DNA from: Spirochaetaceae bacterium
GTDB taxonomy: Bacteria > Spirochaetota > Spirochaetia > DSM-2461
DNA length: 64,000 bases
Assembly: GCA_965224705.1 (NCBI GenBank)
Contig: OZ245056.1
Span: 1,728,001-1,792,000, forward strand
Reading direction: 5' to 3'
The position numbers and the translations under genes are program-made. Below, in pieces: positions 9,513-19,961 of the stretch (within the stretch, counting starts at the first letter, position 1; each line of letters begins with the position of its first letter). The notes beneath the pieces are model-generated. The model searched no databases and was not told the DNA's origin. It saw only the letters and a list, made by a program, of their open reading frames with translations.

Positions 9513-12287
9513 ATGAAGATTCAATATTTTTTAAGGATTTCCTTTGCAATGCTGGTAATGCTGGCAATTCCGGCAATATTGACGCAGTGTTCCAGTTCCC
9601 ATCCGGAAAATGAACCTATTCCCAATGACCCGAAAGTCCTCCATGGTTTTCTGGACAATGGACTGGAATACTTTGTCCGGGAAAACAGCAAACCGCAGCA
9701 TAGGGTCGAGCTTAGATTGGTCATAAAGGCAGGCGCCCTTGCGGAGGATGAAAACCAGTCCGGGGTTGCCCATCTTCTGGAGCACATGCTGTTCAATGGG
9801 ACAGAGAAGTATTCCGGTCAGGCATTGAAGCGGCAACTAAAAGCATTTGGGATAGACTACGGTGCGGGTATCCATGCATACACCAGCCCGGACCGCAGCA
9901 TCTACCAACTGTCCCTGGGCTCTGACAATTTGGACATCGGTCTGGACATTCTTAATCAATGGGCATTCCATGCCGAACTGGATCCGGAATCTCTAAAAAA
10001 AGAAATCCTTGTTGTCCGGGAAGAATGGCGGCTGTCGGAGAATGCCGAAACACGCAAATACGATGCACTCCGGGCACTGTATTTTCATGGAACGGCGTAT
10101 GTGAAGCATCATCCCTTAGGCAGCATGGATCTGCTGATGAATGCTTCGGTTTCCGATCTTCAACGCTTTTACAAAGAATGGTACAGGCCGGAGCTTATGG
10201 CTGTTATAGCCGTGGGCGATTTTGATGCGGATGAAATTGTACGGAAGATACAGGAACTGTTCGGCAAAGCGGTCAACCCTCCCGATACCCGGCCCCTACC
10301 CGTTGCTGCCGTACCCAGCCATGATGACCTTCTTAGGGACATATTCCTGGACCCCGGTCTGGATGAGACATGGATAGAGATTGGAACAATTTTCCCCAGA
10401 CCGGTCTTGACGGATTTGGCATCGCATAAAACTCGTCTTATATACAGGCTCCTTTCCGATATGATGATAGAACGCCTGTATCAACTGAACTTTGATTCCT
10501 TCTTTTTCAATACTTATGATCTGTCCAAACCCATTGCTGTGGGGGCACTTGTCGGTAAAACCGATGATGTCCCGAAGGGCATGGAAACCCTGCTTCTGGA
10601 AGCGGAGCAGATTAGACAGCATGGTTTTCTGCCATCTGAACTTGATAATGTCAAAATCTGGTTCTGGGAGGATTTTAGGGAATACTGGGAACTGCGGGAT
10701 AAGCAAAGATCGGAGACTCTGGCTGAAACATACATCGATGCCTTCACATTCGGCGAGGCATGGCCATCCATAGACTGGAGATGGAAGACTGTCAACAACC
10801 TTCTAAACGATATAAGTCTGGAGGATATGAATCAGGCTGCCCAAACTCTGTTTGGCAGCACAAACCGATATGTCTTCGTAAGCGGACCATCCAGGTCCAG
10901 ATGGAGCGATTTTGACGAAGGGGACATACCGGAACTGATGGCCGATGTCCGTTCCCGCAAACTGCCCCCTCGGAATGACCTTCCCTCCAGCGACGACTAC
11001 AGAACAGCTCTGCCCGCTAAAAATCCCGAACCAGGCAGCATAGTCAGAAGGGAAGTTATGCCCGAAACAGGCATAGTCATACTGACCCTGTCCAACGGAG
11101 CACGTGTGTATTACAAAGTCAGAAATACCATGCCCAACGAACTGTATTTCGGTGCGGCAAGTCCGGGCGGAACAAACATGCTGGATGACAATATGCTTTT
11201 TGCAGAAGACTTGAGTCTGCATAGCTACAACAAAAATCCAATTGAACTTTTGATGGCCAACACTGGTGTTAATGCCTCAGTCTATCTGAAAGCCAATACC
11301 GAAGGAATGTACGGTACTGGACGGGGTGATGAGATGGAAGCCGTTTTCCATTATCTCTACATGCAGCACAGCGCCAAACCCGCATCCCGGGAAGATTGGA
11401 ATAATGCCAAAATCAGTTTAATAAAAGAGGCTGACAGCCGAAATTCCAGTCCCGCCACTATGTTCCGGATTAGCGGTATGCAGGAAATGAAGGGAAATCC
11501 GTATCGCGGACAGCCTGTATCATCCGACATTCTCGCACGCTGCACATTGGACGATGCCTATGCCATCTACCGGGACCGGTTTGCACAGGCAGGGGACTTC
11601 ATCTATCTGTTTACAGGCGATTTTGATTCTGATGAACTGGAACGATTGGCTAGCGTGTGGCTGGCTCCCCTCCCCTCCCCGTCTGAACCCGAAACATGGA
11701 AGGACAGAAAGATCCGTTATCTTCAAAAACCTATAGAGTATATGGCTCAAAACGAAACAGAACCCATAAGCCATATCTGGCTGGCCTGGGCCGGTGACTG
11801 GGACGGAAGTCAAAATCAATACAATCTTATAAAAATTCTGGTGAAAGCCCTTGAAAAAAAGCTGTACGATTCCATCCGGGAGGAATACGGCGGCGCATAT
11901 CGCATCGATGTTTATTCAATCATCGAATATGTTCCCATCCCCCAATACCGCATCAACATATCCTTCCAATGCGATCCCGAACGGGCCGGGGAACTGTTAT
12001 CAAAACTTAAGGGAATAGTGGAAGGATGGAAAACCAATCCTCCTGAAACCCGCTACCTCCACGAGACGATCGCCATGCTCAGTCATGAATATCAGGAAAG
12101 CAAAAACGAGAATTACTGGTGGATAGACCACATTGAAAAAATGGCCCTTTACGGTATTCCTTTTCCGGATTTGTCAGAATGGAAGCAGAATTTCGAAGCA
12201 GTCACACCTGAACTTCTTAGGAAAACCGCCGTTCGCTATCTGGATGGGAATCGGATGTTCACAGGCTTATTGATGCCGGAGAATTAG
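9513..12287 (+). CDS. M16 family zinc metallopeptidase (PqqL-like), probable lipoprotein
   Basis: LDNGLEYF, G.AHLLEHM.F.GT (HxxEH), EEWR, FY..WYRP, second LSNGA domain; signal peptide ending LTQC from ATG 9513. Confidence 0.9.
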   Translation: MKIQYFLRISFAMLVMLAIPAILTQCSSSHPENEPIPNDPKVLHGFLDNGLEYFVRENSKPQHRVELRLVIKAGALAEDENQSGVAHLLEHMLFNGTEKYSGQALKRQLKAFGIDYGAGIHAYTSPDRSIYQLSLGSDNLDIGLDILNQWAFHAELDPESLKKEILVVREEWRLSENAETRKYDALRALYFHGTAYVKHHPLGSMDLLMNASVSDLQRFYKEWYRPELMAVIAVGDFDADEIVRKIQELFGKAVNPPDTRPLPVAAVPSHDDLLRDIFLDPGLDETWIEIGTIFPRPVLTDLASHKTRLIYRLLSDMMIERLYQLNFDSFFFNTYDLSKPIAVGALVGKTDDVPKGMETLLLEAEQIRQHGFLPSELDNVKIWFWEDFREYWELRDKQRSETLAETYIDAFTFGEAWPSIDWRWKTVNNLLNDISLEDMNQAAQTLFGSTNRYVFVSGPSRSRWSDFDEGDIPELMADVRSRKLPPRNDLPSSDDYRTALPAKNPEPGSIVRREVMPETGIVILTLSNGARVYYKVRNTMPNELYFGAASPGGTNMLDDNMLFAEDLSLHSYNKNPIELLMANTGVNASVYLKANTEGMYGTGRGDEMEAVFHYLYMQHSAKPASREDWNNAKISLIKEADSRNSSPATMFRISGMQEMKGNPYRGQPVSSDILARCTLDDAYAIYRDRFAQAGDFIYLFTGDFDSDELERLASVWLAPLPSPSEPETWKDRKIRYLQKPIEYMAQNETEPISHIWLAWAGDWDGSQNQYNLIKILVKALEKKLYDSIREEYGGAYRIDVYSIIEYVPIPQYRINISFQCDPERAGELLSKLKGIVEGWKTNPPETRYLHETIAMLSHEYQESKNENYWWIDHIEKMALYGIPFPDLSEWKQNFEAVTPELLRKTAVRYLDGNRMFTGLLMPEN

Positions 12288-12436
12288 CCCATGAATTGAG
12301 GCCTGACGCATACGAGGCTGCACGATACATCTAACAATGGAGTTTACTCGCCCGCATCAATCCTTTCCATAACACGCAATGTGTTTAGCTTGGGAATTCC
12401 CCTCCCCCCGCCTGTTTGTTTCGGGCCGAAATAAGG

Positions 12437-14194
12437 CTAATCCGCAACACTCGGCTGATTCTCGTGCGTCAGGGCCAGTTCCTTTCCCCGGAAACTCACA
12501 CCCAGTGCCAGACATCGTTTGGGATGCCACCTGGCCATTGCGCTGTCCCGGTATTTCTCCACGGCCTGGGCCAGAGCCTCGCGGGATAGCTGCTCCAGCG
12601 GGGTTTGGCCGCCTGCGTCCTCGTGCTTCAGCTCAAACAGAACAAGCTCATCACTCCAGCCCTCACCAGCGGTGCGCCGAACCAGAAGGATGTCGGCCCG
12701 CCCGGTGCCGTACTCCCGGTTGCTCTCTACCAGGTACTCTCCCCCAAGATAGGCCAGAAGACCCAGAAGTAATCCGTGGTAGAACATTTCCCCACTCTTC
12801 CTTCTACCCTTCCCGGTGCCCGCCATGTCGTGAAAGCTGGTCAGTGCCCGTAGCATCGCTCTCAGGCTCATTTCAATCAGACGGGGATTCATCTCTCGAA
12901 CGCCTCCGATAAAGGCCAGAAAATCCTCTCTGGCCTGAAACTCGTCATCCAGCCAGGTCTTGATAATCTTGTTGTAGACATAATGCACCTCCTTGTTGGG
13001 TATCGACAGACAATAATCCTGGCTGTATTCATGCTGCTGCCGGTCGGCGGCCTTCAAGTAGCCGCTGTGGAGGAGGAAGCTCCACACCGCATCGGGGTTT
13101 TTCTCTATCTCCGGGTAGGCAATATGGGGGTATACTTCTTTTCTTACCTCCTTGTTCCTCAGCAGGCGGGATACGATTTCGATTGATTCATGTTTTTCCA
13201 GATGGAGGGTTTCGCGCACCAGTCTGTTGTCGCTGGTATGCACCCAGTAGGGCCGCAGGCCATCTTCGGGCGCGCTTAAATAGTTGATGATGCTCCAGGG
13301 GTTGTAGATAACCGTGTCGCCGCCGAAAACATAGCCGTTGTACCAGTTTCGGATGCCGTCCATCTCGCCCTCCAGTCCGAAATGGGATGCCATGTTCTTC
13401 ACCTCATCCTCGGTGAATCCAAAGCAGTCCTTCATGGCCGAATTAAGCAGAGTTGACACCTTGGGATTGTTGAAGTCGCTGAATATACTCTCCTGGGCCA
13501 CTTTGAGTATGCCGACGACCACCGCCTGTTTCAGGTTGGGGTTGTCCTTGAAGCTCTGCGCCATGAAGCTTCGGATGAAGGCGATCATCTCCCTGTAATA
13601 CTCCTCCATGTAGGCGGTCATCAGAGGGGTGTCGTATTCGTCCAGAAGGATGTAGGCCGGTTTGCCAAAGGCGCGCTTTAGCCAGAAGGAGAGGTATTTG
13701 ATGGATTGGGCGCAGTCATTGTCGCTGCTGTTTCTGTTCAATACTCTGGAAAACAGTTCTTTATCGGCTTCGCGCAGCACTCCGCAATTTTGTAAATACT
13801 CATGCCGCTGGTATTCCATAGAGAGCATATTCCTGATGATCTCCATGCACTCATTGAATGATGCCCCTTTGGCATCCTTGAAACTCAAATGTATCACCGG
13901 ATACTGTCCCATGTATTCGCCGCACCGGGAGTGTTCCGTGATGGACATGCCGTCGAAAAGGGAGGCGTTGGGCGGCGCGTCAGTGCTGCTTCCGCCCGGC
14001 GGCAGGGCCTCAAAGAAATAGCGGATCATGCTTAAGTTCAGGGTTTTGCCGAAGCGGCGGGGGCGGGTGATGAGGTGCACCTTGCTGGGGTCATTGATAA
14101 AATGCGCTATGAGATGGGTTTTATCGACAAAGTAGCAATCATTGTCGATGAATTCCTTAAAATCGGTGATGCCCTGAGTGAGATTCTTTTTCAT
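12437..14194 (-). CDS. AAA-ATPase-like plus PD-(D/E)XK nuclease protein, copy A
   Basis: GITDF...YFVDKT, RPRRFGKTLNLSM, LLDEYDTP, WYNGY, YNPWS, FYHG, SNREYG.GR.DI, ELK. Confidence 0.9.
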   Translation of the reverse strand: MKKNLTQGITDFKEFIDNDCYFVDKTHLIAHFINDPSKVHLITRPRRFGKTLNLSMIRYFFEALPPGGSSTDAPPNASLFDGMSITEHSRCGEYMGQYPVIHLSFKDAKGASFNECMEIIRNMLSMEYQRHEYLQNCGVLREADKELFSRVLNRNSSDNDCAQSIKYLSFWLKRAFGKPAYILLDEYDTPLMTAYMEEYYREMIAFIRSFMAQSFKDNPNLKQAVVVGILKVAQESIFSDFNNPKVSTLLNSAMKDCFGFTEDEVKNMASHFGLEGEMDGIRNWYNGYVFGGDTVIYNPWSIINYLSAPEDGLRPYWVHTSDNRLVRETLHLEKHESIEIVSRLLRNKEVRKEVYPHIAYPEIEKNPDAVWSFLLHSGYLKAADRQQHEYSQDYCLSIPNKEVHYVYNKIIKTWLDDEFQAREDFLAFIGGVREMNPRLIEMSLRAMLRALTSFHDMAGTGKGRRKSGEMFYHGLLLGLLAYLGGEYLVESNREYGTGRADILLVRRTAGEGWSDELVLFELKHEDAGGQTPLEQLSREALAQAVEKYRDSAMARWHPKRCLALGVSFRGKELALTHENQPSVAD

Positions 14195-14522
14195 ACCGTA
14201 TTGAACATAGCATGGTTTTGCCGATTATGTCATACTATCCTCAACCAAATTCACATTGGAAATGAAGCTTTGTCATACCTTTTAACTACTGGAAAAGTGG
14301 GTGCGTCCATGCACCCCCGGTGCCTTATCAATCATAAAAAACCGCCAGTTCCCTGCCCCTAAACCCTACCCCCAGAACAAGCAGCCGCTGCGGATGCCAT
14401 TTGTTCCTTACTCCGTCCATGTACTTCGTTACCGCCTGGGTATGGGCTTCACGGGCTAAATCTTCCAGGGCTTTGCCGTCCTTCGCTGTTCCATGTTTGA
14501 ATTCCAGCAGAACGGCTTCCTC
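13672..14522. repeat. Long direct repeat, copy 1 (N-terminus of A, spacer, C-terminus of B)
   Basis: Aligns by eye with 15551-16421 at an offset of about 1.88-1.90 kb. Confidence 0.85.
14299..14316 (-). terminator. Hairpin after AAA gene B
   Basis: GGGTGCGTCCATGCACCC stem-loop followed by ACTTTT on the minus strand; similar copy near 16180. Confidence 0.45.
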
Positions 14523-16073
14523 GGCCTGGGCCGGATTGTTTCCCTTCTTGAGTACCACGATGTCCGGGCGGCCCTCACCATATTCCCGGTTGCTCTCAAC
14601 GGTATACGCCGGGCTCAGGCAGGCCAGAAGTCCCAGTACCAGACCGTGGTAGAAGTTTTCCCGTCTGGATTCCTCGTCTTCCCCCTCCTCTTTGCTCCTG
14701 GCCGTATCATGGTAGCTGGCCAAACCGCGAAGAATGCGGGATAGTCCCCGTTCTATGTGCCGGGGACTGGCTTCCTGGATGCCGGTGACGAAGTCCGTGA
14801 AGTGTTCGTTTATTTTTATGTCTTCCTTTAGCCAGCGGGAAATAACGGTAATCCAGGCGGTTTCCACCTCCAGGTTGGGAATGGCGAGCCGCCATGTTAT
14901 GTCCCTGTGTTCCTGCCGCCTCTCGGAGGCCTTCAGGTAGCCGCTGTGGAGTAAAAAGCTCCATACTACGTCCGGGTCGCTTTCCACCTGAGGGTAGGGA
15001 ATGTTGGTCAGCAGGGGTTTGCGGACTTCCTCCTTCCGCAGGAGTTTTTCTATGGTCATCTTGGCTTCCCGGCGGTCTAATTGGATGACATCCTTGATCA
15101 GTCTGTTGTCGCTGGTGCCTATCCAGTGGGTCATCAACCCTTCCTCGGGTGAACGCAGATAGTTGACGATGCTCCATGGGTTGTAGATGACGGTGTCCCC
15201 GCCGAAGAGGTAGCCGTTGTACCATTCTTTTATGCCATCCATTTCGTCTTTCAGTCCAAAGTAAGCGGCCATTGCCTCCACTTCCGCTTCGGTGAAACCA
15301 AAGCAGTCCTTCATGGCCGAGGAAAGGATGGTAGACACACTGGGATTGTTGAAGTCGCTGAATATACTTTCCTGGGCAACTTTCAATATGCCGATCACCA
15401 CGGCCTGTTTCAGGTGGGGGTTGTCCTTGAAGGTCTGCACCATGAAGCTGCGGATGAAGGTGATCATCTGATCGTAGTAGTTGTCCAGATGGGCCGAATG
15501 CAGGGGCGTATCGTACTCGTCGAGAAGGATGTAGGGTGGTTTGCCGTAGACGCGCTTTAGCCAGAAGGAGAGGTATTTGATGGATTGGGCGCAGTCGTTG
15601 TTGGTACTGTTTCTGTTCAATACTCTGGAAAACAGTTCTTTATCGGCCTCGCGCAGCACTCCGCAATTTTGTAAGTATTCATGCCGCTGGTATTCCATAG
15701 AGAGCATATCCCTGATTATTTCCATGCACTCATTGAATGATGCCCCCTTGGCATCCTTAAAGCTCAAATGTATCACCGGATACTGTCCCATGTATTCGCG
15801 GCACCGGGGGTGTTCCGTGATGGACATGCCGTCGAAAAGGGAGGCATTGGGCGGTGCGTCAGTGCTGCTACCGCCCGGCGGCGGGGCCTCAAAGAAGTAG
15901 CGTATCATGCTTAAATTCAAGGTTTTGCCGAAGCGCCGGGGCCGTGTGATAAGATGTACCTTGCTGAGGTCATTGATAAAATGTGCTATGAGATGGGTTT
16001 TATCGACAAAGTAGCAATCATTGTCGATGAATTCCTTAAAATCGGTGATGCCCTGAGTCAGATTCTTTTCCAT
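14328..16073 (-). CDS. AAA-ATPase-like plus PD-(D/E)XK nuclease protein, copy B
   Basis: Same motifs as copy A; first ~180 aa nearly identical, remainder divergent. Confidence 0.9.
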   Translation of the reverse strand: MEKNLTQGITDFKEFIDNDCYFVDKTHLIAHFINDLSKVHLITRPRRFGKTLNLSMIRYFFEAPPPGGSSTDAPPNASLFDGMSITEHPRCREYMGQYPVIHLSFKDAKGASFNECMEIIRDMLSMEYQRHEYLQNCGVLREADKELFSRVLNRNSTNNDCAQSIKYLSFWLKRVYGKPPYILLDEYDTPLHSAHLDNYYDQMITFIRSFMVQTFKDNPHLKQAVVIGILKVAQESIFSDFNNPSVSTILSSAMKDCFGFTEAEVEAMAAYFGLKDEMDGIKEWYNGYLFGGDTVIYNPWSIVNYLRSPEEGLMTHWIGTSDNRLIKDVIQLDRREAKMTIEKLLRKEEVRKPLLTNIPYPQVESDPDVVWSFLLHSGYLKASERRQEHRDITWRLAIPNLEVETAWITVISRWLKEDIKINEHFTDFVTGIQEASPRHIERGLSRILRGLASYHDTARSKEEGEDEESRRENFYHGLVLGLLACLSPAYTVESNREYGEGRPDIVVLKKGNNPAQAEEAVLLEFKHGTAKDGKALEDLAREAHTQAVTKYMDGVRNKWHPQRLLVLGVGFRGRELAVFYD

Positions 16074-16421
16074 GCCGTATTAAACTTAGCATGGTTTTGC
16101 TGATTATGTCATACGGTCCTCAACCAAATTCTCATTGACAAATGAAGTTTTTGTCATACCTTTTAACTACTGGAAAAATGGGTGCGTCCATGCACCATCG
16201 GTGCCCTTATGTATGAGAAGGGAGTTATCAATCGTAAAAACCGCCAGTTCTTTGCCCTTGAACCCTGCCCCCAGAACAAGCAGCCGCTCAGGATGCCATT
16301 TTTCCCTGACCCCGTTCAGATATTTTTCTACCATCTGGGTATGGGTTTCACAGGCTAAATCTTCCAGGGATTTGCCGTCCTTCGCATTCCCATGTTTGAA
16401 ATCCAATAAGACGATTTCCTC
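15551..16421. repeat. Long direct repeat, copy 2 (N-terminus of B, spacer, fragment C)
   Basis: See 13672-14522. Confidence 0.85.
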
Positions 16422-16430
16422 GCCTGGGCC
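16225..16430 (-). pseudogene. C-terminal fragment of a third AAA/PD-(D/E)XK gene
   Basis: EEIVLLDFKHG...GKSLEDLA...KWHP.RLLVLG.GF.G.ELAVF matches the C-terminus of B; no N-terminus; 1-nt deletion near the stop. Confidence 0.85.
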
Positions 16431-16773
16431 GGATAGTTTCTTTTTTATTGGCTTGTGCAATTCTCATTCATCCTTCTACTTGCGGCAATCTTATAGAACA
16501 ACGAATACAATAAACCTAGCAGGCAAGAAGACTGGCAGTAGGGACTGCTTGACTTGAGCAAATTCAGCGGTACAGGAGACAGCATTCTTACTAACAGAAT
16601 TGTTATTTTGAGCCGAATAGTGAAATCTGAAGGCGATGCGGCGATTATAGCCATGTTATCAATTTATTCTTTATTAAGATTTCTATCAATAGAGATTCCC
16701 CAAGTTACCGAGATTCCCCAAGCTAAAAAAAATCATTCACCCTGCCCCGGCAATCCAGAAATATCCCTCAATC

Positions 16774-16825
16774 TCGGAAAAAAATCATCAAAAATCGCCT
16801 CGAAGTCTTAAAATTCGACAGACTC
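16774..16825 (+). mobile_element. MITE family A, right-end fragment
   Basis: TCGGAAAAAAATCATCAAAAATCGCCTCGAAGTCT...CGACAGACTC matches 9035-9086. Confidence 0.85.
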
Positions 16826-16951
16826 CAGGCATCTTTTCTGTAAAAACAGAAAAAAGTTAATCAGTCTCCATATCCAGATATCGTTCCCTGTTTCCCAATC
16901 TTCATCTTTTTCCATTTATAGAAAAATAATGCACTAATTCAACATGCTCTG

Positions 16952-16968
16952 TTCATAATTCTTTCACA
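16952..16968 (+). promoter_or_regulatory. TTCAYA-N5-TTCAYA direct repeat (OmpR-family-type box)
   Basis: TTCATA attct TTCACA with an 11-bp period; same motif at 49175-49191. Confidence 0.5.
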
Positions 16969-17004
16969 TATTATCTTTATTCGTTGTTAACGAAAGGAGC
17001 GAGT

Positions 17005-18222
17005 ATGAGAAAGATGATTTCAGGTATCTTTGCGAGGAAGTACACTGCTCTGGCAACCGCTTTGATCTTTGCCCTTTTAGCCGGAAACGCGGCCTTATTC
17101 GGGGAAAGTCTGACTTTCCGTGGGGAGCTGGATCAAACTATCCAGATCGATACAGCCGAAGAGGTAGAGATTCTGCTATCAAATGTCTCCCTGAGCAGCA
17201 GGACGGCTATTCCTATCCATATTAAAAACGCCCGGAACGTGATACTCGTGCTGGAGGGAACAAATCTCATTGAAACCGGAGCCGTTCCGGCGATAAAAAG
17301 TGAAGCACCGCTGCTTATCAGAGGCGGCGGCGCACTCCGCTTAATCGGTAAAGACGATGGCATAAACACGGTGTCTCTGACTGTCGAGGGAGGAAATTTT
17401 AACATTGATGTTGGCGATGACGCTATAAAAGCGGAAAATGAACTCACTATCAAGAACGGCAGCTTTATCATCTCCAGCCTGGGGGACGCCATTCACAGCG
17501 ACAACCGGGTCGTCATTTACGATGGGGTCATCGATATACGCCAATCCTATGAGGGCATTGAGGGGTGCAATATCTCTATCTTTGACGGTGATATAAAAAT
17601 CGTATCCATCGATGACGGTCTCAATATAGCGGGAGACAATTTGGACTTTAACAGCGACGCGCTCATCATCGAGGGAGGTTTTATCGAGGTGGATGCCACT
17701 GCGGACGGCATTGATTCCAATGCTTCTGTTTACATAAACGGGGGCGTCGTGCTGATAAACGGTCCGCCCGGCAGAGACACAGAGGGAAAGATTAATGGTG
17801 CTCTGGATTACGACAACACTTTTCACATGAATGGGGGTCTTCTGGTCGCTGTTGGGGATCATTCCATGGCCCAGGCCCCCTCTGGAGCGTCCTCCGTCAA
17901 TTCCGTGTTTTACATTCTCGACAGGCAGTGGGAAGCCGAAACCCTTCTCCACGTGGAAGACGACAGCAGCCAATCCCTTATCACCTTCCGCTCAAAAAAA
18001 CCGTTTCAGTCTTTTGTCGTCGCCAGCCCAAAATTAAAGAGCCGACAGAACTATCGTTTTTATATCGGGGGAGAGATTCTGTCTTCCGGCGGCGAAAGAG
18101 GGGGATTGTACACCAACCCTGTCTACAGAAACGGTCAACTGTTGGCGGAAACGACCATCACTTCAAGCGTCTCCTACCTGAAAGATCCAAACGCCCCAAT
18201 ACGCCGGAGAAGACGAAGATAG
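17005..18222 (+). CDS. Secreted carbohydrate-binding domain protein (Cthe_2159-like beta-helix)
   Basis: Signal peptide; repeated DGI/DAI.S, EGIEG, DDGLN, DGIDSN, GALDYD; AAGGAG RBS before ATG 17005. Confidence 0.82.
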   Translation: MRKMISGIFARKYTALATALIFALLAGNAALFGESLTFRGELDQTIQIDTAEEVEILLSNVSLSSRTAIPIHIKNARNVILVLEGTNLIETGAVPAIKSEAPLLIRGGGALRLIGKDDGINTVSLTVEGGNFNIDVGDDAIKAENELTIKNGSFIISSLGDAIHSDNRVVIYDGVIDIRQSYEGIEGCNISIFDGDIKIVSIDDGLNIAGDNLDFNSDALIIEGGFIEVDATADGIDSNASVYINGGVVLINGPPGRDTEGKINGALDYDNTFHMNGGLLVAVGDHSMAQAPSGASSVNSVFYILDRQWEAETLLHVEDDSSQSLITFRSKKPFQSFVVASPKLKSRQNYRFYIGGEILSSGGERGGLYTNPVYRNGQLLAETTITSSVSYLKDPNAPIRRRRRR

Positions 18223-18382
18223 ACCGCTGTCGCCTTTGAATTGCCCAAAAACAGCCCGTCATTTTTGAGAATATCCCGAAAATCGAGATCCCTACTCTAT
18301 TATCAAATGGAATTGAGATCCTGGACTACCTTCTTGAAGATGTCTGTGCTAGAGTAAAGAGAATCCAGCAGGTACAGGCTAG

Positions 18383-18544
18383 GAGTCTGTCGGACTTTAA
18401 GGCTTCGAGGTGATTTCTGATGATTTTTTTCCGATACAAGGCGGCAAAAGCGGAGCGTAGCTGGGCTACGTGAGCATTTTGACAACGCGGTAGCGGGAAA
18501 AAATCATCAGAAATCGAGCCGTGAGGCGTAAGTCCGACAAACTC
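18383..18544 (-). mobile_element. MITE family A, full copy 2 (162 bp)
   Basis: Reverse complement of 8926-9086; CTAG duplication at 18379-18382 and 18545-18548. Confidence 0.93.
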
Positions 18545-18581
18545 CTAGGACGCGTTGGAGTGCGGAAGAGAGGAGAACCCA

Positions 18582-19805
18582 ATGAAAAAACGAAGTGAAG
18601 AAATGACCGGGGAGAAACTTGACCGCTTGATCGAGGAGATCACGACCGACGCCTACGGAGACGACGAGCGGGCCTTTCACTGCGCCTTCGAGGACGGTTT
18701 CAAACTACCCTGCGATGCCTTCGTCATTGGTGAGCCGGTCTCCGTGATCGGGTTTGACTATGACGGAAACCAGCGGCGCGGACTTGTGGCCCGATGCAGA
18801 AAGAAAGACGGCTCGGAGCACAGGGTGGCTGTGTCCGAGGTAGCGATCGCCGAGCAATCCAGGGGCGGCCATCTGATCGCCGCCTACCGCAAATGGGCGG
18901 GGCTCGATCCCTGGCCTGAGCAAGCGGCCCCTCTCTCTCATAAAAAACGCCGGTACAAGACCGCTGCCGCGGGCCTCGATTTGAGCGGCCCGGTCGATCT
19001 GGTCGTCCTGTCGGTGAAGGAAAAAGCCGCCAGATGCCGTCTCGTGGGCAGCGATCAAGTTATCATGCTGCGTGCGGGCATGCTGCGGGACATCGTGCCG
19101 GGCGAAATCGCGGTCGTGAAACCGCGCAAGCAATGGACCTACGGAGGACAGCTTTGTCTTTCCGGCGAGATTGAATCTTCGCGCCTCGACATTGATGCCC
19201 TGGGGCTGGTCCCGTTGAAGCTTGAAGATCAGGGACTCTGGACACCCGAAGAGCACTACTGGGGTGAGGACGATGAACCGATCGAGGAGTGGGTCAGGCC
19301 GATCATCGCCCGCGGTCCGAGAAAGGTGTTCGAGATGGAGCAGGTCGTTCCAGGCCGTGTTCCGGGTGACTTTGATTCCGATCCGATCTGCGAGTCCAAC
19401 GACCTGAAGGATAGCGGCGACCCCGCTGCCGCCTGGCAGATATTGATGGATCTTTGCCAGGCGGATCTGCGCTGTCTCGATGCCCACGCCCATCTTGGCA
19501 GCTTCGTCTTCGATAGCTGGGCCGAGGAAGCCATACGCCACTACGAGGTCGGCGTGCGCATCGGGGAGTTCACCCTCGGGCCGGACTTTGATGGTCTCTT
19601 GCCCTGGGGACTCATCGACAACCGCCCCTTCCTGCGCTGCATGCACGGGTTCGGCCTGTGCCTGTGGCGGCTTGAACGTTTCGAGGAGGCTGAGCGCGTC
19701 TTTGAACGGATGCTCTGGCTCAATCCGATGGACAATCAGGGCCTGCGCTTCTTGATCGACGATGTGCGTGCCAGGAAGGCATGGGAAGACTGTGAATCAG
19801 AGTGA
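18582..19805 (+). CDS. Hypothetical cytoplasmic protein with CcbP-like N-terminal domain and TPR-like C-terminus
   Basis: LIEEITTDAYGDDE N-terminus; C-terminal DAHAHLG...LPWG.IDNRPFLR...LNP.DNQG.R; AGGAG RBS; GC-rich codon usage. Confidence 0.65.
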   Translation: MKKRSEEMTGEKLDRLIEEITTDAYGDDERAFHCAFEDGFKLPCDAFVIGEPVSVIGFDYDGNQRRGLVARCRKKDGSEHRVAVSEVAIAEQSRGGHLIAAYRKWAGLDPWPEQAAPLSHKKRRYKTAAAGLDLSGPVDLVVLSVKEKAARCRLVGSDQVIMLRAGMLRDIVPGEIAVVKPRKQWTYGGQLCLSGEIESSRLDIDALGLVPLKLEDQGLWTPEEHYWGEDDEPIEEWVRPIIARGPRKVFEMEQVVPGRVPGDFDSDPICESNDLKDSGDPAAAWQILMDLCQADLRCLDAHAHLGSFVFDSWAEEAIRHYEVGVRIGEFTLGPDFDGLLPWGLIDNRPFLRCMHGFGLCLWRLERFEEAERVFERMLWLNPMDNQGLRFLIDDVRARKAWEDCESE

Positions 19806-19961
19806 GCCGGACGATGGGCATAAACGAACGATGTCAAAATAGCCGTCGGCGAATGCAGCCAACGCCAACGATGGAGGTAAAATGAGACGACGCTACTCAG
19901 ACAGTGGCACGACGAGAACGCCGGGCCGATCCGCGCCTTTGCCTGGCCGATGATCGTGCAA

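Noticed and set aside
12329..12390. attC-like start ATCTAAC-AATGGAGTTTAC after the M16 gene
   Set aside because: No convincing complementary arm or correctly placed GTTRRRY.
13672..16421. Long repeat pair as a diversity-generating retroelement template/variable repeat
   Set aside because: Differences are mostly synonymous and not adenine-specific, and no reverse transcriptase is present in the window.
16692..16722. Tandem 13-bp repeat GAGATTCCCCAAG x2
   Set aside because: Only two units and no other copies recognised; likely a local duplication.
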